Shown here: piece by piece, positions 51,501 to 64,000 of the stretch
How the letters are laid out: the number at the start of each line of letters is the position of its first letter
How positions within the stretch are numbered: position 1 is the stretch's first letter
NCBI GenBank assembly: GCA_965285935.1
Contig: OZ260666.1
Location: 12,896,001 to 12,960,000 of the forward strand
From: Ophelia neglecta
Lineage: Eukaryota
Direction of reading: 5' to 3'
Length of the DNA: 64,000 bases
Notes under the pieces: model-generated
Database searches by the model: none
What the model was told of the DNA's origin: nothing
Seen by the model: the letters and a program-made list of their open reading frames with translations, nothing else
Translations under genes and position numbers: made by a program

Positions 51501-54500
51501 ACAGGAGTTTAGACATAATATTTTCCTAAGATAACTACTCCACATTGTTATAGCAACGTTTAACATCCCTCTATTCCGATGCCTGGGAGGACTTTTCACA
51601 CAGTACCCTGTCCGGGGGGTGACCGTACGGTGCATCCATGGACTGAGCGCAACTCCCCCTCTCCTACCCCTCCCTATCCGTGAGGACATCAAATATCAAT
51701 ACCTTAAATTCACAGGATGACCTTAAGATATCCTTAAGCTTACAATGCCTTTATTTAGACGTTTCCGCGACTCCGGCCATGATTACTTAGAGGCTGCTGA
51801 AGAATTGCTACAAATCTTTAAACATCTGGTGGCTTAAATGCTAATCTGAATGCCATTCGGTCAAAGTCAAGCCTCAAACAGAAGTTAGAGTATGGAAAGG
51901 CTTTACATTTATCAATTAATTGTCAGCTGCTTCGGCCAACAAGAGCTAGGAACGTTCGGGTCATGTTTGCTATTAATTCTTATCATTGTTACCGGCTTGC
52001 GAAGTGTTTGTCGGTGTAACATGGTCATGGACTATATTCATAACTATGGAAACAGGAGTTTAGACATAATAGTTTCCTATGAAAACTGCTCCTTCTTGTT
52101 ATAGCAACGTTTACCATTCAAATAAAAAAAGGATGCCAGTGCAATAACATATTTACGAACACCTTATACTTCGGTACTTCCATGATATCAATTTTACCTG
52201 CAATGCTGGTTCACAGTAAATCATATTATGGCTGTGGGATGTGAAATTTACTTATTGTTGTCATAAATCAATGGGACCCTGTAGTGCACTCAGATCAGGT
52301 TAAGTGGCCAATCTATCTTCATTGAGTACACAAAACATTACATTGCGTTAGTACATGCTAATGCTTTATACTGTATTAAGATAAAGGGCTACCAGCTGAT
52401 CAACATTTGTGGGAAATTTGAGGCCTACACAGGGTTTATATGCATTCTGTTAGAAAGGCAGGCGCAAGTTAAATTAATTATCAAATTGGTGCCAAAGGTT
52501 CTCTTGCACGTGAGAGGGCAAACAAAATGTGGCGCAAAAGGAATCAGAGCAGTTAAACAGTTTCCCTTATATTGTTAAGTATTTTAATTTGTAATTTAAA
52601 AGGCTTAAAGGGAGGCTGATACAGATTTGTGCATTGAAAAGGTCAAAGGGAAAGATGGAATATGGGCTGTTCACGGGTCAAGGGTTTTATGTGGTTGCTG
52701 CACGTGGGTGGGGATGGGAGGCATTTGGAAGTGACGTGAAAAGGGAATTTATGGAATCCTGGAGGGTAGACCAAGTTATGTTATGCCAGAGAGCCTAATG
52801 GATTAATGCCGAATTAATAGTTTCTGGCATACAATAGCAGTTACCGGGTAACAAATAGTCCCGGAGCAGTTAAAAGACTGGCCCTGGAGCGATGCATCCG
52901 ACGGTTTTCTTGTATCAATAGAGATTTCTCCGATATAAAGTATATTCGGTAATTAACAACATAATCATTAAAAGACATTATTCTGGTGTCGTATGCCACA
53001 ATCACGAAATCCAAAACTAAAATACAGCACCTTAAAGTTACCATTCCCTCTTCTTGTACCTTTAACAAAAAGATAATGTTATTTCTCTATATAATGCCTT
53101 ATTGATACATTCAGTAAATAATTACTAACATTCGTAATCGCTCGTGGCGTAACTTGGATATAATGATTACTTATACAAAATTCATGAGGTAAATGCAGGT
53201 TATTGATCTGTATGCCTAGGCTTACATACCTTTTGACAAGAGCACACATGGTGTGCAGTAAAATGGTGGTGACATCTGGTGTTCGGTTACTGTAGCAACT
53301 AAATGGGTATGACTTGACTTTATTGTCATTGATTCCAGTGTTAGAATGGGGGTAGGGTGTAACAGTCTGTGTTTGTATGTTTACGTGTTCGAGGGATGTG
53401 GTGAACAAAGGGATATAGTGCCTGATGAAGGGGGCTGGATGATACATAGTGGTTTAGCAAAACTGACTGCAGGTGGGTGCGGTGCTGGTCGTAGTGATAG
53501 GTGTGTATGTGTGTGTGTTTGCGGGGGGGGGGGGGAGGGTATAACTGGGTGCTTGAACAGTCTTGCGTTTTGCATGTTACATGACGACGGATTAAGACAG
53601 GGCATGAATTCAACTGAAGGGTCGCGTGTAGATGGTGCATAGAGAATAAGGGAAATACCCGCCTAAGTAGGCATGTGCTCTGGGTTCATTGTTTTAAATC
53701 ATGAAGCTGTATATTGAGGTTTGTATGTTATTTGCAGGCTCCTGGTGTCATCAGCTTAAACATCAGTGAGATTAGCTTGTCGCTAATAATGAATGTACAT
53801 TTATTTGAAATAACGTCTGTAGTACCGCGTTTAAGGAATCTCCCTACCCGTGATTGATTGTATCGCATTTATATGAAGTCAGAATTGTAAGCACATACTT
53901 AAGCTGCGATACGCCCATTAAGTATATTAGGCTTTCTTTATGCTTCGAAATTTAGAAGGTTTGTACAGATTCCTTCATTCGTTTCTGTGTATATTTGGCC
54001 ATTGAAGGCCCATTTATAAGCAAGATGTAATCATGTATGGGCCACATCAAAACAGTGGTGAACCTTGTGGGAGTGGTACATATCTGACCATGCACATTTG
54101 TAATCGATGAAATGATCGCATATTTGATTTGTATCACAGGTCACCTATCACCTGGGAAGGATGGCTGAGCGTGAACAAGTTAATGAGTATGTGTAGGAAA
54201 TATCTAGAAAGTGGAGTGGGTAGGTGTTTTCTTGTGTGGTTAAATTGTAGAAGTTGTTTGGGTCTGTGGAGGGCAGTAATTGTTTTAAAAAGTGGAGTTT
54301 GGGGTTAGAAAGTAGGTTATTATATATACGTATGTGAGATTGGTACTTGTACTTATATGGCAGGATATCGGTTCTTGCTCACGGCAAATAGAGAAAATTG
54401 TAGATAAACATTAATTGGTCACAACCATTCAATAATATGTACTTTAATACGTGAGCCCGTTGTAGGGGAATGGGGCATGGTGGTGAAGCGGCAAGGTATG

Positions 54501-57500
54501 TTGGCCCGAGTATTTTGTAGGGGACGTGGTGATTGGGCGACAGTATGTGAGGGCTGGGTGTGTTATGGGGAACGGAAACGTGGTGATGGAACGACGGGGT
54601 ATACGGACCCGAGTTTGCTGTAGGGGAAGAAGCCATGATAATGAAGCGAGGGAGTTTATTGGCCGCAGTATGCTGTAGGAGGTTTATGTGAAGGGGCGTC
54701 AGTGTTTGTCATATGGATGTGGTTTAGAGGACGGGGCTCTGGTGATGGGGCGACTGGGTACGTAAGCTCGAATTTTAGGGGACAAGGAATGATGGAGTGA
54801 CGGGGTATGTGGGCCTGGGTGCAGCGTAGGGGCGGAGCCATGATGTTCGTGAGGCAGAATATAAGAGTTTGATTGTATTCTAGGCTACGAGACCAAAACA
54901 AAAGGGATGTAACGCAACTAATACGCGACATGATACGTAAAAGGCATTACAGGTTCATTGTCTATATAAACGAGTTATTTATATCTCCCAAATATTCGAA
55001 TAAAAACAACGAGTACGAACCGTTTATTGCACCAAATGGTATCCACATTATGCCAATCCTGCTTCATTTCTTTTTATGTTATTTCTTGTTTAGATATGTA
55101 GATAACCATATAGGTAGGTAAGCAGCATAATCAAAGCATCCACTAGATTCAAAATTACTAAAGAGAAACCATGAACCAGACAAATGAAACGATCACATGT
55201 GTGTTATAGGGTTATGCCGGATTAAACAATTATGGATAAAATACAGCTTATAGTCAGCGTTGTTAGTAGCAAAATAATGCAAATAACCGTTACAGGCCGG
55301 ATTTGCAGTGCAAACATTTTAAGTTCAAGGGGCATCGTTGAATAGAGTGTATACGAACAGTCACATGTAAGGACCACCAAGCTGTTCATCGATGTCAGAT
55401 TATGCTCAGTGCATAGCTTTACATGGGCTAAAAACTTGATCTCATATAGGTCTATTGTACTAGAAAATTGCACTAGAAAACCCAACCGACGATAAGTTAT
55501 AAAACAGTGTTGACATCGCTTGTAGATAGATGGTACTCTGCAAAAAGGCATTAACACAACATCAAACATTGTGGTCAATGTATGCACAAGTCAAATAGGA
55601 AAGTTTTGCCCCCGAAATATATTGTTTTCAGGCTATCTGCAGGCATCAAAGCATACATCGAAAGAAAATTATTTATTAATTTATTCTCTCAGATATTATC
55701 ATTATTAATTTGAAACTGACACATGTTTTTGTAAACGTAGAATTGTAGCATGTCAAATAACCGGAGGAGACAGGTAACAGGAGGTGATGAAAGGGTCAGT
55801 GGAAGGAAAATATTATTGACTGAAAGTTTTAGCTCTAAGGTTTGTATAGTTCTGAATAAACTTTAAGAACAATATTGCAATGATGTGTTTCTCACTAAAA
55901 GTTAAATATATCGTGTTTATTACGTGCTCTCTCCTAAATCGAGTACATCTAGGTTCACCTCTGAAGGTGTATTATTTATCAAACCACCATCTGAACGTAA
56001 TTCGCTGCTAAAATGATAAAACCGAAGAAAATAAACATTACTGGATTAAGACGAAACCTGCATAATATGACCAGGTGGACATTTTAATGAAAAGGGGAAT
56101 AATAACATACATACGGGTCTAGTTGTCCTGTTTATTGATGAAATATTATATTCATACCAAGCTGACAATGAGGGTTTTTCTTGGAGAACTAATATTTGCC
56201 ATTCGTTTTGATTTGCCTGTACGCATGCTGTCCTGGCACTTTGCAGCTAAGCTCAGCAAAATGAAAAAAAAGTAATTCAACAATGAAATGTTGTTTGTTG
56301 GCGTTTTAGCTAATTTATGTACTGTTTGTATAACAGTTGTGTCTCAGTCTTCTCGTAAACGATATTTTTAACTAAAGTGGTCCGGCAAATATTTCTACTA
56401 AGCACCATTTAGCCTCTTGGTACCCTCAAATATGTGATTTTAATATCAGGTGCAAGGCCACTTCGGCATACTAGCATGTGGATTGGTTGACATTAATGTA
56501 CATTGTAGGCAAAGTATACGCAAAGTATATAATCAAACATAACCCATACGGGACCTAGTTAAAATGGGCTTATTACTGTGTGAGATTCAAATTAAATGGT
56601 GATATGATATATTGAATATATGCGTGGAAGCATTTTGCTATTCACCTTAAATGACTTAAGCTGAATTCAGACGAATATAAAATGACTGATCTAGGGGGTT
56701 TTGAGTGGCTGCAGACTATAATATGCCCTGTAGGTGTATTTACGTCGCGTAGGTATTGAATGTTCAAAGATAAGGCGCGGTTAGAATGGTGTTTATGTAG
56801 GACGAAGTGCAATACGGTTAACATTTTTGATAAGACAAGAGTAATTGAAACTTATATATTAACTGTGATCAATTCTCTTAAAGTATTACATGACATTATC
56901 AATTGGCTCTGATCATGAGTATTATAAGTGTGTTTTGTAATCATATTCAAATACTTCTATATCCCAGAAATAGCACCATCAAAGTGCCAAACTGGCATTT
57001 GCAGAAATGAAAGTATAGATTTGTTTCTAAACCCTCGACGTTTAGTACAATGGGGTCAGTTGATGACACAGCCTACTTTCTTAAATGATTTTTATGCGAT
57101 TCAATGTCATCCTACATTCCTACATATAATGTGTGGTAGGAGTTTGTTCCTTAGATTTAATAATAAATGAAACTGAAATTTATTGCACAAGGCTAAATAG
57201 AAAAAAAAGTTTTCTCTCAATGTTCCGATTTGCTAGCGTTTTCGTCGTTTATGAAGTATCCATGTATACATTTGCACATTTAGTAAGATGAATATAAGAT
57301 TTATCTACGTTTGTGTTAAGGATATGTACAAGTGGAATATAGCACTACAAGTCAACTACACCTTTATATTATCTGCTATTTCTTCCGATTACAAATAAGC
57401 TTTTATGAAGCTTCATCTACCTATGGTACTTTTTAAAAATAGCCTTTTGTACAATGCCTTCTCTCATTGTACATATATGAATATGGGAATTCCCTGCCGG

Positions 57501-58005
57501 GGAAGCCCTTGTTTGTGTGACGTATTTATTATCAATGTGCTAGGATGACCTACAAACCTGCATGTATCTGTAGGCTACCCGATGTTCGCGCCTGCCTTGC
57601 CTTGTTTACTTTGAACAAACATTGAATAACTTAACACAGTTCTCCTACGACTGGGTTCACTGTCCCCAATGCTTGTAACGGCTATTAGTGGTCCAGTTTA
57701 ATAGAACTTTAATGTTTGGATATTACTGGCAATATGAGACACCAGGTTAGTGTTTATTAGTTAACGGCTAGCTTGGCTCTGATAATAAATACATTGCCAT
57801 GTTAAGAATGCTGGTTAGAAGCATATTAATATACATACTAGTTAGTTTAGGGTTGGTAATTATGTGGGAATGACTATAGACGACCTGTTTAGCAAATCTA
57901 TTTCGTTGAATGTTTTGGTTTAAAGCGACATAAATTGGCAGAGCATTCAGATGTTGGATACCGGTGACTTGGCGAGTAAATGATGTGTACACGAAATAAT
58001 CTTAC

Positions 58006-58124
58006 TTGAGGTAAAATGTAGAAACTCGTGCCCTGATAATGAACATGATCGGGCGATAATACCGGCTGGATAAACGCACATGCTAAGGCAGGATATTCAG
58101 TGCCATCAGGATTCAATACACCCA
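58006..58124 (-). other. Possible isolated exon of an unidentified transcript (xGVLNPDGTEYPALACAFIQPVLSPDHVHYQGTSFYILPQ)
   Basis: Acceptor atgttcaccag|, donor CAA|GTAAGA, one open frame. No partner exons or domain were recognised. Confidence 0.25.
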
Positions 58125-59680
58125 CTGGTGAACATGTAATTTGTGTAAATAATGAACGGTTCCAAAGAGCTTAAAATTTGAAGTACATAATGTTCACTCC
58201 CAACAATTAAATGTAAGACAGGCAGTTCAATCAATCTAGTACAGGCGAGTTAAGTAGACACTTAACTCTGTGACATGAAGGGTAACTGTCACGATGAACT
58301 CTAATGATAAAGATAACTGTCCTACATGGCTTGATGCTTTTGTATTAATAATATGATGAGCTATGTACTCCTAATGAATAAGGTTATATTGGCTAGCCGC
58401 ACCTCTTATAAGGTAATTTGGCTAATGTGAAGACCTGCTTTTGCCTGCGCTAGCACTTCGAATCTAATGCAAAAGATACACATGAATTATATTGACCAGT
58501 CAGTGTTCACATAGTTAGGTTTAGCTACAACTCTCATGCATCAATAAATATTAGGTATACATCAGCTGCTCCCAGACCTCAGTTGAATGAATCAAGTTTA
58601 CTGTCTTGACCCTGCCCTGTGCTGATCAGTCCATCACGGCCATCAGACCAGATTTGTGGTTTTAATAGCCCGTAGACTTTGGCAGAATTATATTGGTCGT
58701 TGAATACTGAGCAGGGTCCAGAGTGATGGAATTTAGCATATACGACATTTACCAATTTGTGATGGTCGGAGTTATAAGGATGTTATCGAGCTATTGAGAT
58801 ATTCTGGGCGGGGGTGGGGGGTGGGGGGTGGTTCAAGGATGACAACTGACAAAAACAATTGACTTTCCATGGCTAAAGCAAGTTCGAGGTAAGAGAATGA
58901 GACTAGAGAGTGTCAGGCGGAACGAGGGGGGCGGAAATGTTAACATTTGGCTCGATTATTTCTATTAATCAAATTTAAAATAACTCGGTTTAACTATCTT
59001 TGTAAGTTCGTCTATATTATATAAGCATGGGACTGAAGATACAGAAAATAGGATTTTTTATTTTGACATCAAATACATATGTTTGAATTTATATTTGTTT
59101 ATATTAGGTTCATCGTGTGCATATTGGATATAACATTGATCCGTGCCCATAAGATACACCTTGTGGTCCTAGCCAATATGGTGGTGACCTCTAGGGTATA
59201 CGACTGAAATGATAGTAAAGGCATGAGTAGTTGTTCTCAATATCCTTTCAGTGATGAGTTTTGACTCCCGACAGGTATCTCTGCAAGGCTGTTTATGGTG
59301 CAGCACTGTTTTGTTCGCCTCATACATCGTACTCACACGTCCATGTGCTACACGGTACGTTTAAAATATTAGCCATTATACACAAGTGTCTGAATAAATC
59401 TGGGCCTCCCTCACATATTATCGGCATATTGCCCGACACGTAAACTGCGCTCGTGTACCCAGCCGATTCTCGCAGAACCGAGGGCAAGGTTTAGGAAAGT
59501 CGGGGTTTGGGCATTCTCCTTGTTTTCTCGAAAGGCCTGCAATATTCTGCTAGCCCATATCAGTTTGAGAGCTTCGGTTATATATTGTGATTCTCAGTTA
59601 AAAACAATCTTATTGAGATATGGACATGGTTGTTAGTATATGCTTATTTGTATAAATTAAATGACTAAAATGAAGAAATA

Positions 59681-59842
59681 CAGTGAAACTTGTCTTATCA
59701 GGTCAGTCCAGGGACTTGATAAAACTGACCACATTACACAGGTGACCTTAATAGGCAGGTCATTTGACACAGGCATAAATGAGGATTGGGCTGTTATTTA
59801 GTGACCTTAGTGGGCAGGTGACCACAGACACCGGATTCACTG
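59681..59842. mobile_element. Tc1/mariner (pogo/Tigger-like) MITE, 162 bp
   Basis: TA|CAGTGAA...TTCACTG|TA terminal inverted repeats with TA target duplication; internal caggtgacc subrepeats; no coding capacity. Confidence 0.7.
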
Positions 59843-62800
59843 TAGGCATACTGATGCTACTTTCATATCATGTCAATTTACCTTGTAAAGCGCATTTGCG
59901 GAAAATTTTAATATAGAGTGTGCGCTGTTATCAATGTCAGTAGAATATATATAAGAGGATTATCTAGTTCCCCTCAGAGGTTCCATTAGGTTTGGTAAAG
60001 CTAAAATTGAATGAAGTTGGTTTACATACAAACGTCTTATTGGTATTGATCTTATGGTTCGTCTTAACACCCATTGACTAGGACAGTCTGGGAAATAATG
60101 TTTGCATGGAATTGTCAACTTCTCCAACGTAACATTTAAAAAGATGTTTTGCATGGCCCCGGCAGCTAGTCAATAAACGCATAGCTATTCATTGTAGCAT
60201 AGTCATTGCCTTGAGTGAGTCGGTATAGTCCATAAGAGATAAGTCAATACACGTGATTTAAAGCAGTGTACATGTATATCCAGTCACGAGCAGTTTATCC
60301 ACAGAATATTAACCTTATCAGTGAAAGCCCATATATTGTACAATAAACAAATTGTTTCCCAGTCTAGCTTCACAAAGACGCCAAAACCTTTAAATTCTCT
60401 TTGTGGATTTGAATTTCCCAATCGATTATCTTCAGATAAATGTATTTATCATAACATTACACTGCTTATGTGTATTTCTTTCTACTATTTAAAATGTTTA
60501 AAAAAAGCAGTGATATGTAAGGAATGGATGAGAGCCATATACAGTGGACATGATACTATAGCTACAAAATTCGACGCCAGATGTCTCCTCTTTCTAACCA
60601 TGGACCACTAGATATCAATTAGGCCTACTTTGGCCTAACACTAAAACCATTTTCAGATATACTGGTGACATTAAATAATACCAACTGCGAGAGTAACAAA
60701 TTATCAGGCGATGTTTTTCGAGTTGATTTGAAGCTGTATGGCAACTGTTGCCTTCATTCATCATACCAAATTTTATTGGAATACCAAATAATACCATAAA
60801 ATGCACATTTGGTTAGTGCATTCAATTTTTTTACTCTGTGATGAAGTGCAATATCATCGGGTTTGTTTATATGATGAAGCTTGGTGGATAGGTTTTGATT
60901 AAACGTATCCCAAATAATTAGAGGCCATAGCGACACACTGTTTTGATAACTTACCGAACCAGCTTATTTTGTTTATACCAACAGCACTTGAGCTTGTTCA
61001 ATTATACATAAATGATAGATAGTTGGAGGCTGAGACGGCCTGGTCAATTTGGGAATGCAGTATGCTGCAAAGAATATATATCAATCTGTGAGAAGTTTCC
61101 CGCCAACGGCTCAAACAAAGCCATGAACCCAGTTAACCTTGAGCATCCTCTATAATCTCTGTCAAAGGTCCTGGGCCTACGACAACACACTCATTCATGC
61201 AACCTTTCAGATCCCATAGCTTCCTTCAAATCCAACCAGAACATAATCATAGCTTCCTTAAATATCAAAATAATATCATGCTTTCATAGTTCCACACCAG
61301 ATCTAATAACTTTCTTATCGCGCACTATTAGATATCGAAGGTCTAACACTAAAGCTTTTATGTGTGACTGCACATGGTCGATTTAGTACGAGAGAAAGAA
61401 GCAATTTATACAACGACCTTACTATATTTGAACGAATGTTGATGTCCATTGCTTCTTCTGCCAGTATTAACACATGCATATATATTTTATTTTTCTGGAT
61501 TGACAGTTTGGCCGTGGACTCTGATGTTAATACACTGGCCCTATCTGTGATAATCGCGATGATGTAATTATCAGACGACTGACATCCCAGCTGATGTGTC
61601 GGTTTATAGCCTCTCCTGGGCAATACGTCTATTTGGCTGCCTAAAGCGCATTCTAAAGATAAAAAGAGTTTGAAGATGCATTTCAAATGATATTTGTTCC
61701 TCAAGATTATCTATTTATTCAACTTATTATGAATTTCCTGGGTAGATGTGCTATTCGTCAAATCGACGTTTGTATCTGTGAATTGATTATCCATCCAAAG
61801 TTAAATAATTTAAATGGGCGTGAAGTATGAAGTCTTCTCACCCGCTAGGCAAGGCTGCTGTAATCAGCGTTGCGAATACCGACCGATCTACAGGTCCCAA
61901 ATGGTCATTTCGGTTTGGACTGACAGACCTATTGTGGTTTTTCAAAACAGTGCATTCTCGACCGTGCGAAAAATAAACATCTTTGAACAAATAAAATTTC
62001 CCTTGACGCGGAAGGCCGTGAAATAAATGTAGATTGTGTTTTATTGCTTTTTACGGCCTTTGGCTGTCACAGCATAAAACTGAAGCGTACGGCCTGATTT
62101 TTTTACGGCTAACACGACATGGACCGATACTTTAGCAGGATTGACAGTTAAGCCATATCTATCACAGATATAAAAGCCCCAGACATCCACTCATTCTAAC
62201 CACTGACCGTCATAGGTATCTGCTGAGAAAATATAATGTATATGTGTAGCGTTTTGTTGTGTTCTCTTAACATCAACAACAAAGGAAAGTTAATAAATAA
62301 ATGATGACCCGTGCAATAGTGAAGCCAATCTATCCTATTAAAAACAATTATACGCTTTGGAATTTTGTCTTAAACTGGATGATAACAATATTTGTGGATT
62401 ATTTTTATCCAATATATGATTATCTGGTTGAATGCCGTGGCAACTGCCATGGAGGTCATTGTACTAGCATATAGTGAGACTATATTTCAAAAAACAAATC
62501 TTGCATCACTCAGAATAGATGATATTACATATATTTCATGGCATTTAAAAATAGGAGAGGAGATAAAAGTGTCATAAAATGAAACTCCCGTCTAAAGCTC
62601 CCCTGTACATGCTCTTGCCGTTGGTGTCCTATCTTAATGCAGAATGCAGTCAGTTTAAATAGATTGATATTTAAAAAAGGCAAAGCTTCTTTACCATCGT
62701 ATCTTCTTAGGCCACCTAATATGATTCTCAGTCTAATGCTTCAGTAACAATAAAACAGACACCCGTATAAGGTGGTACCCACTATGGCGAGACTGGTTGA

Positions 62801-64000
62801 AGTGTTAATTTATCAAACGACCCTCAGAAGGGGTCATATACTTGAACTCGTCTTACATCAGACCGTATATTACTTCTTGACACGGCCTTATGACTGGTCT
62901 TCAGTGTTATTTAAGTCAATCAAACTTATGTACCAAGGATTATATTATAATATAGTTTATCATCGAAATAACATATGCTAAAAAACCTTTAAATGTGGTC
63001 AAATCAATGGTGCTCTTTTGTTGCAAACACAATTTAACGTTTCACCTACGATTTGTGTAATATAGTCCGCAATCATTAATAGCAACTTTATTATACACTA
63101 GGCGTCAGCACTATACTAGTGTATACCATAATCTTTTCATTTGTTATATGCAGATTCATGTTTGACTAAAATAGTGATATATATCAAGTTTAGAACTTTA
63201 CCTGGCGCCACCGGAAAGAAGCTTTTAATTTTACCCTTTAAGGATATTTTACGTCTCATAGACAGATATAAACGGGGTACATATTCTGTACTTACTTTAT
63301 ATGAAAAAACTTATACCCACAGTTGTTGATATTTAGCATGGTTGTGATAACTTTGATGCTGAGACAGGCAAGGTATGGTTGAAGTCAGCAGACCTGGAAG
63401 ATAGGAAAAACGGCATGGGCAGAGAGAGGGGGAGGGGTTGGGCAAGAGGTGTGGGTAAAATGTAAGGTACTTAAGGTTGAAGATTGGATTAACGTTTTAA
63501 ACAATAATCTACTTTAGTTTCTGAAACCGTCAGGTGCCACAAGTATAGAGAAAATAGTTGGAATGCCAAAATTTTACAAAAGTTAATCAATACATCCGTG
63601 CTATGGTGTATAGATAATCAGGATAATCCAAGCTTAGGAGCTCCATCATTGACTTTCCACAGCCATCGGCAACAGCACATACCATCTTTCTAGTATTGTT
63701 TTCCATCTTCACCAGACAATGTTCTTTTTGTTCGTATAAGGGCCGCTTACACCCTTTCATTTACCATGTAGGTCAGTGATATTTATAATCTCAGTCGTAT
63801 ACACTAGATGTCACCACCATATCAGTGAGTACCACAAAGTACACATGTTATGGATCAATGTTCTTTGCAGTTGATACATGAACCTAAGCACACATGCAGA
63901 GTCAAACACATATATCCGATGATTATATGGAAAGAAAATTCACTCATTACATCTTCTGTTCGCTTCTAAATATAAATGGGCGAAATAAAAATTCAATACC

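Larger units (their letters stand above)
20450..54350 (+). repeat. Complex tandem array of 9-10 diverged, modular ~3.3-3.8 kb units, with truncations, internal deletions and one inversion
   Basis: The anchor ggtagtgacacctggtgttcgc (with variants) recurs at about 23238, 26598, 30367, 36165, 39557, 41429, 46738, 49396 and 53265. The anchor tttacctgcaatgct recurs at about 22085, 25487, 29278, 38500, 40299, 44534, 48618 and 52193. Flanking modules are also duplicated: 20500-20880 vs 32800-33430, 21600-22050 vs 47215-47645, 31770-32350 vs 53780-54350, 33990-34510 vs 45690-46165. Confidence 0.95.

Noticed and set aside
23231-53642. Recurring Pro/His-rich minus-strand ORFs (MRHRKLF..., MNHRKLF...) and Gly-rich plus-strand ORFs
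   Set aside because: They arise from the stop-poor G/C-skewed module, and reading frames shift between copies at the variable poly-G spacer.
20450-54350. CRISPR-like or rDNA/histone-type array
   Set aside because: The units are kilobases long with no short repeat-spacer structure, and no rRNA, tRNA, snRNA or histone sequence was recognised.
55222-55587. 121 aa ORF with a hydrophobic C-terminus
   Set aside because: Non-ATG start, no splice signals or domain; hydrophobic bias is expected from T-rich DNA.
61315-62110. 129 aa ORF and adjacent ttacggcc-rich segment
   Set aside because: No recognisable domain. The adjacent segment looks like non-autonomous transposon debris, but its ends could not be defined.

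Overview
AT-rich eukaryotic DNA, probably an invertebrate animal; the taxon cannot be fixed from sequence alone. It has spliceosomal introns, MITE-like debris and no prokaryotic-style genes. (1) A multi-exon gene on the minus strand (about 11863 to 7715) was assembled by hand from canonical GT-AG, all phase-1 junctions. It encodes a ~550 aa immunoglobulin-superfamily membrane protein with an unusual predicted two-TM topology: Tyr-motif N-terminal cytoplasmic head, TM1, S/T stalk, atypical V-like Ig domain (B-strand Cys replaced by Trp, C-strand Trp replaced by Cys), second Ig domain, stalk, TM2, short tail. (2) Upstream of the gene lies a ~34 kb array (about 20450-54350) of 9-10 diverged, modular, mosaic copies of a ~3.3-3.8 kb unit. 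Most copies carry an NF-kB-like site, CRE/E-box/GC-box motifs, a G-quadruplex-prone tract and remnants of two small ORFs (one HMG-box-like, one hydrophobic). The array also contains a fold-back inversion that could form a ~570 bp hairpin. The rest of the window is mostly non-coding, and most ORFs in the supplied track are spurious.
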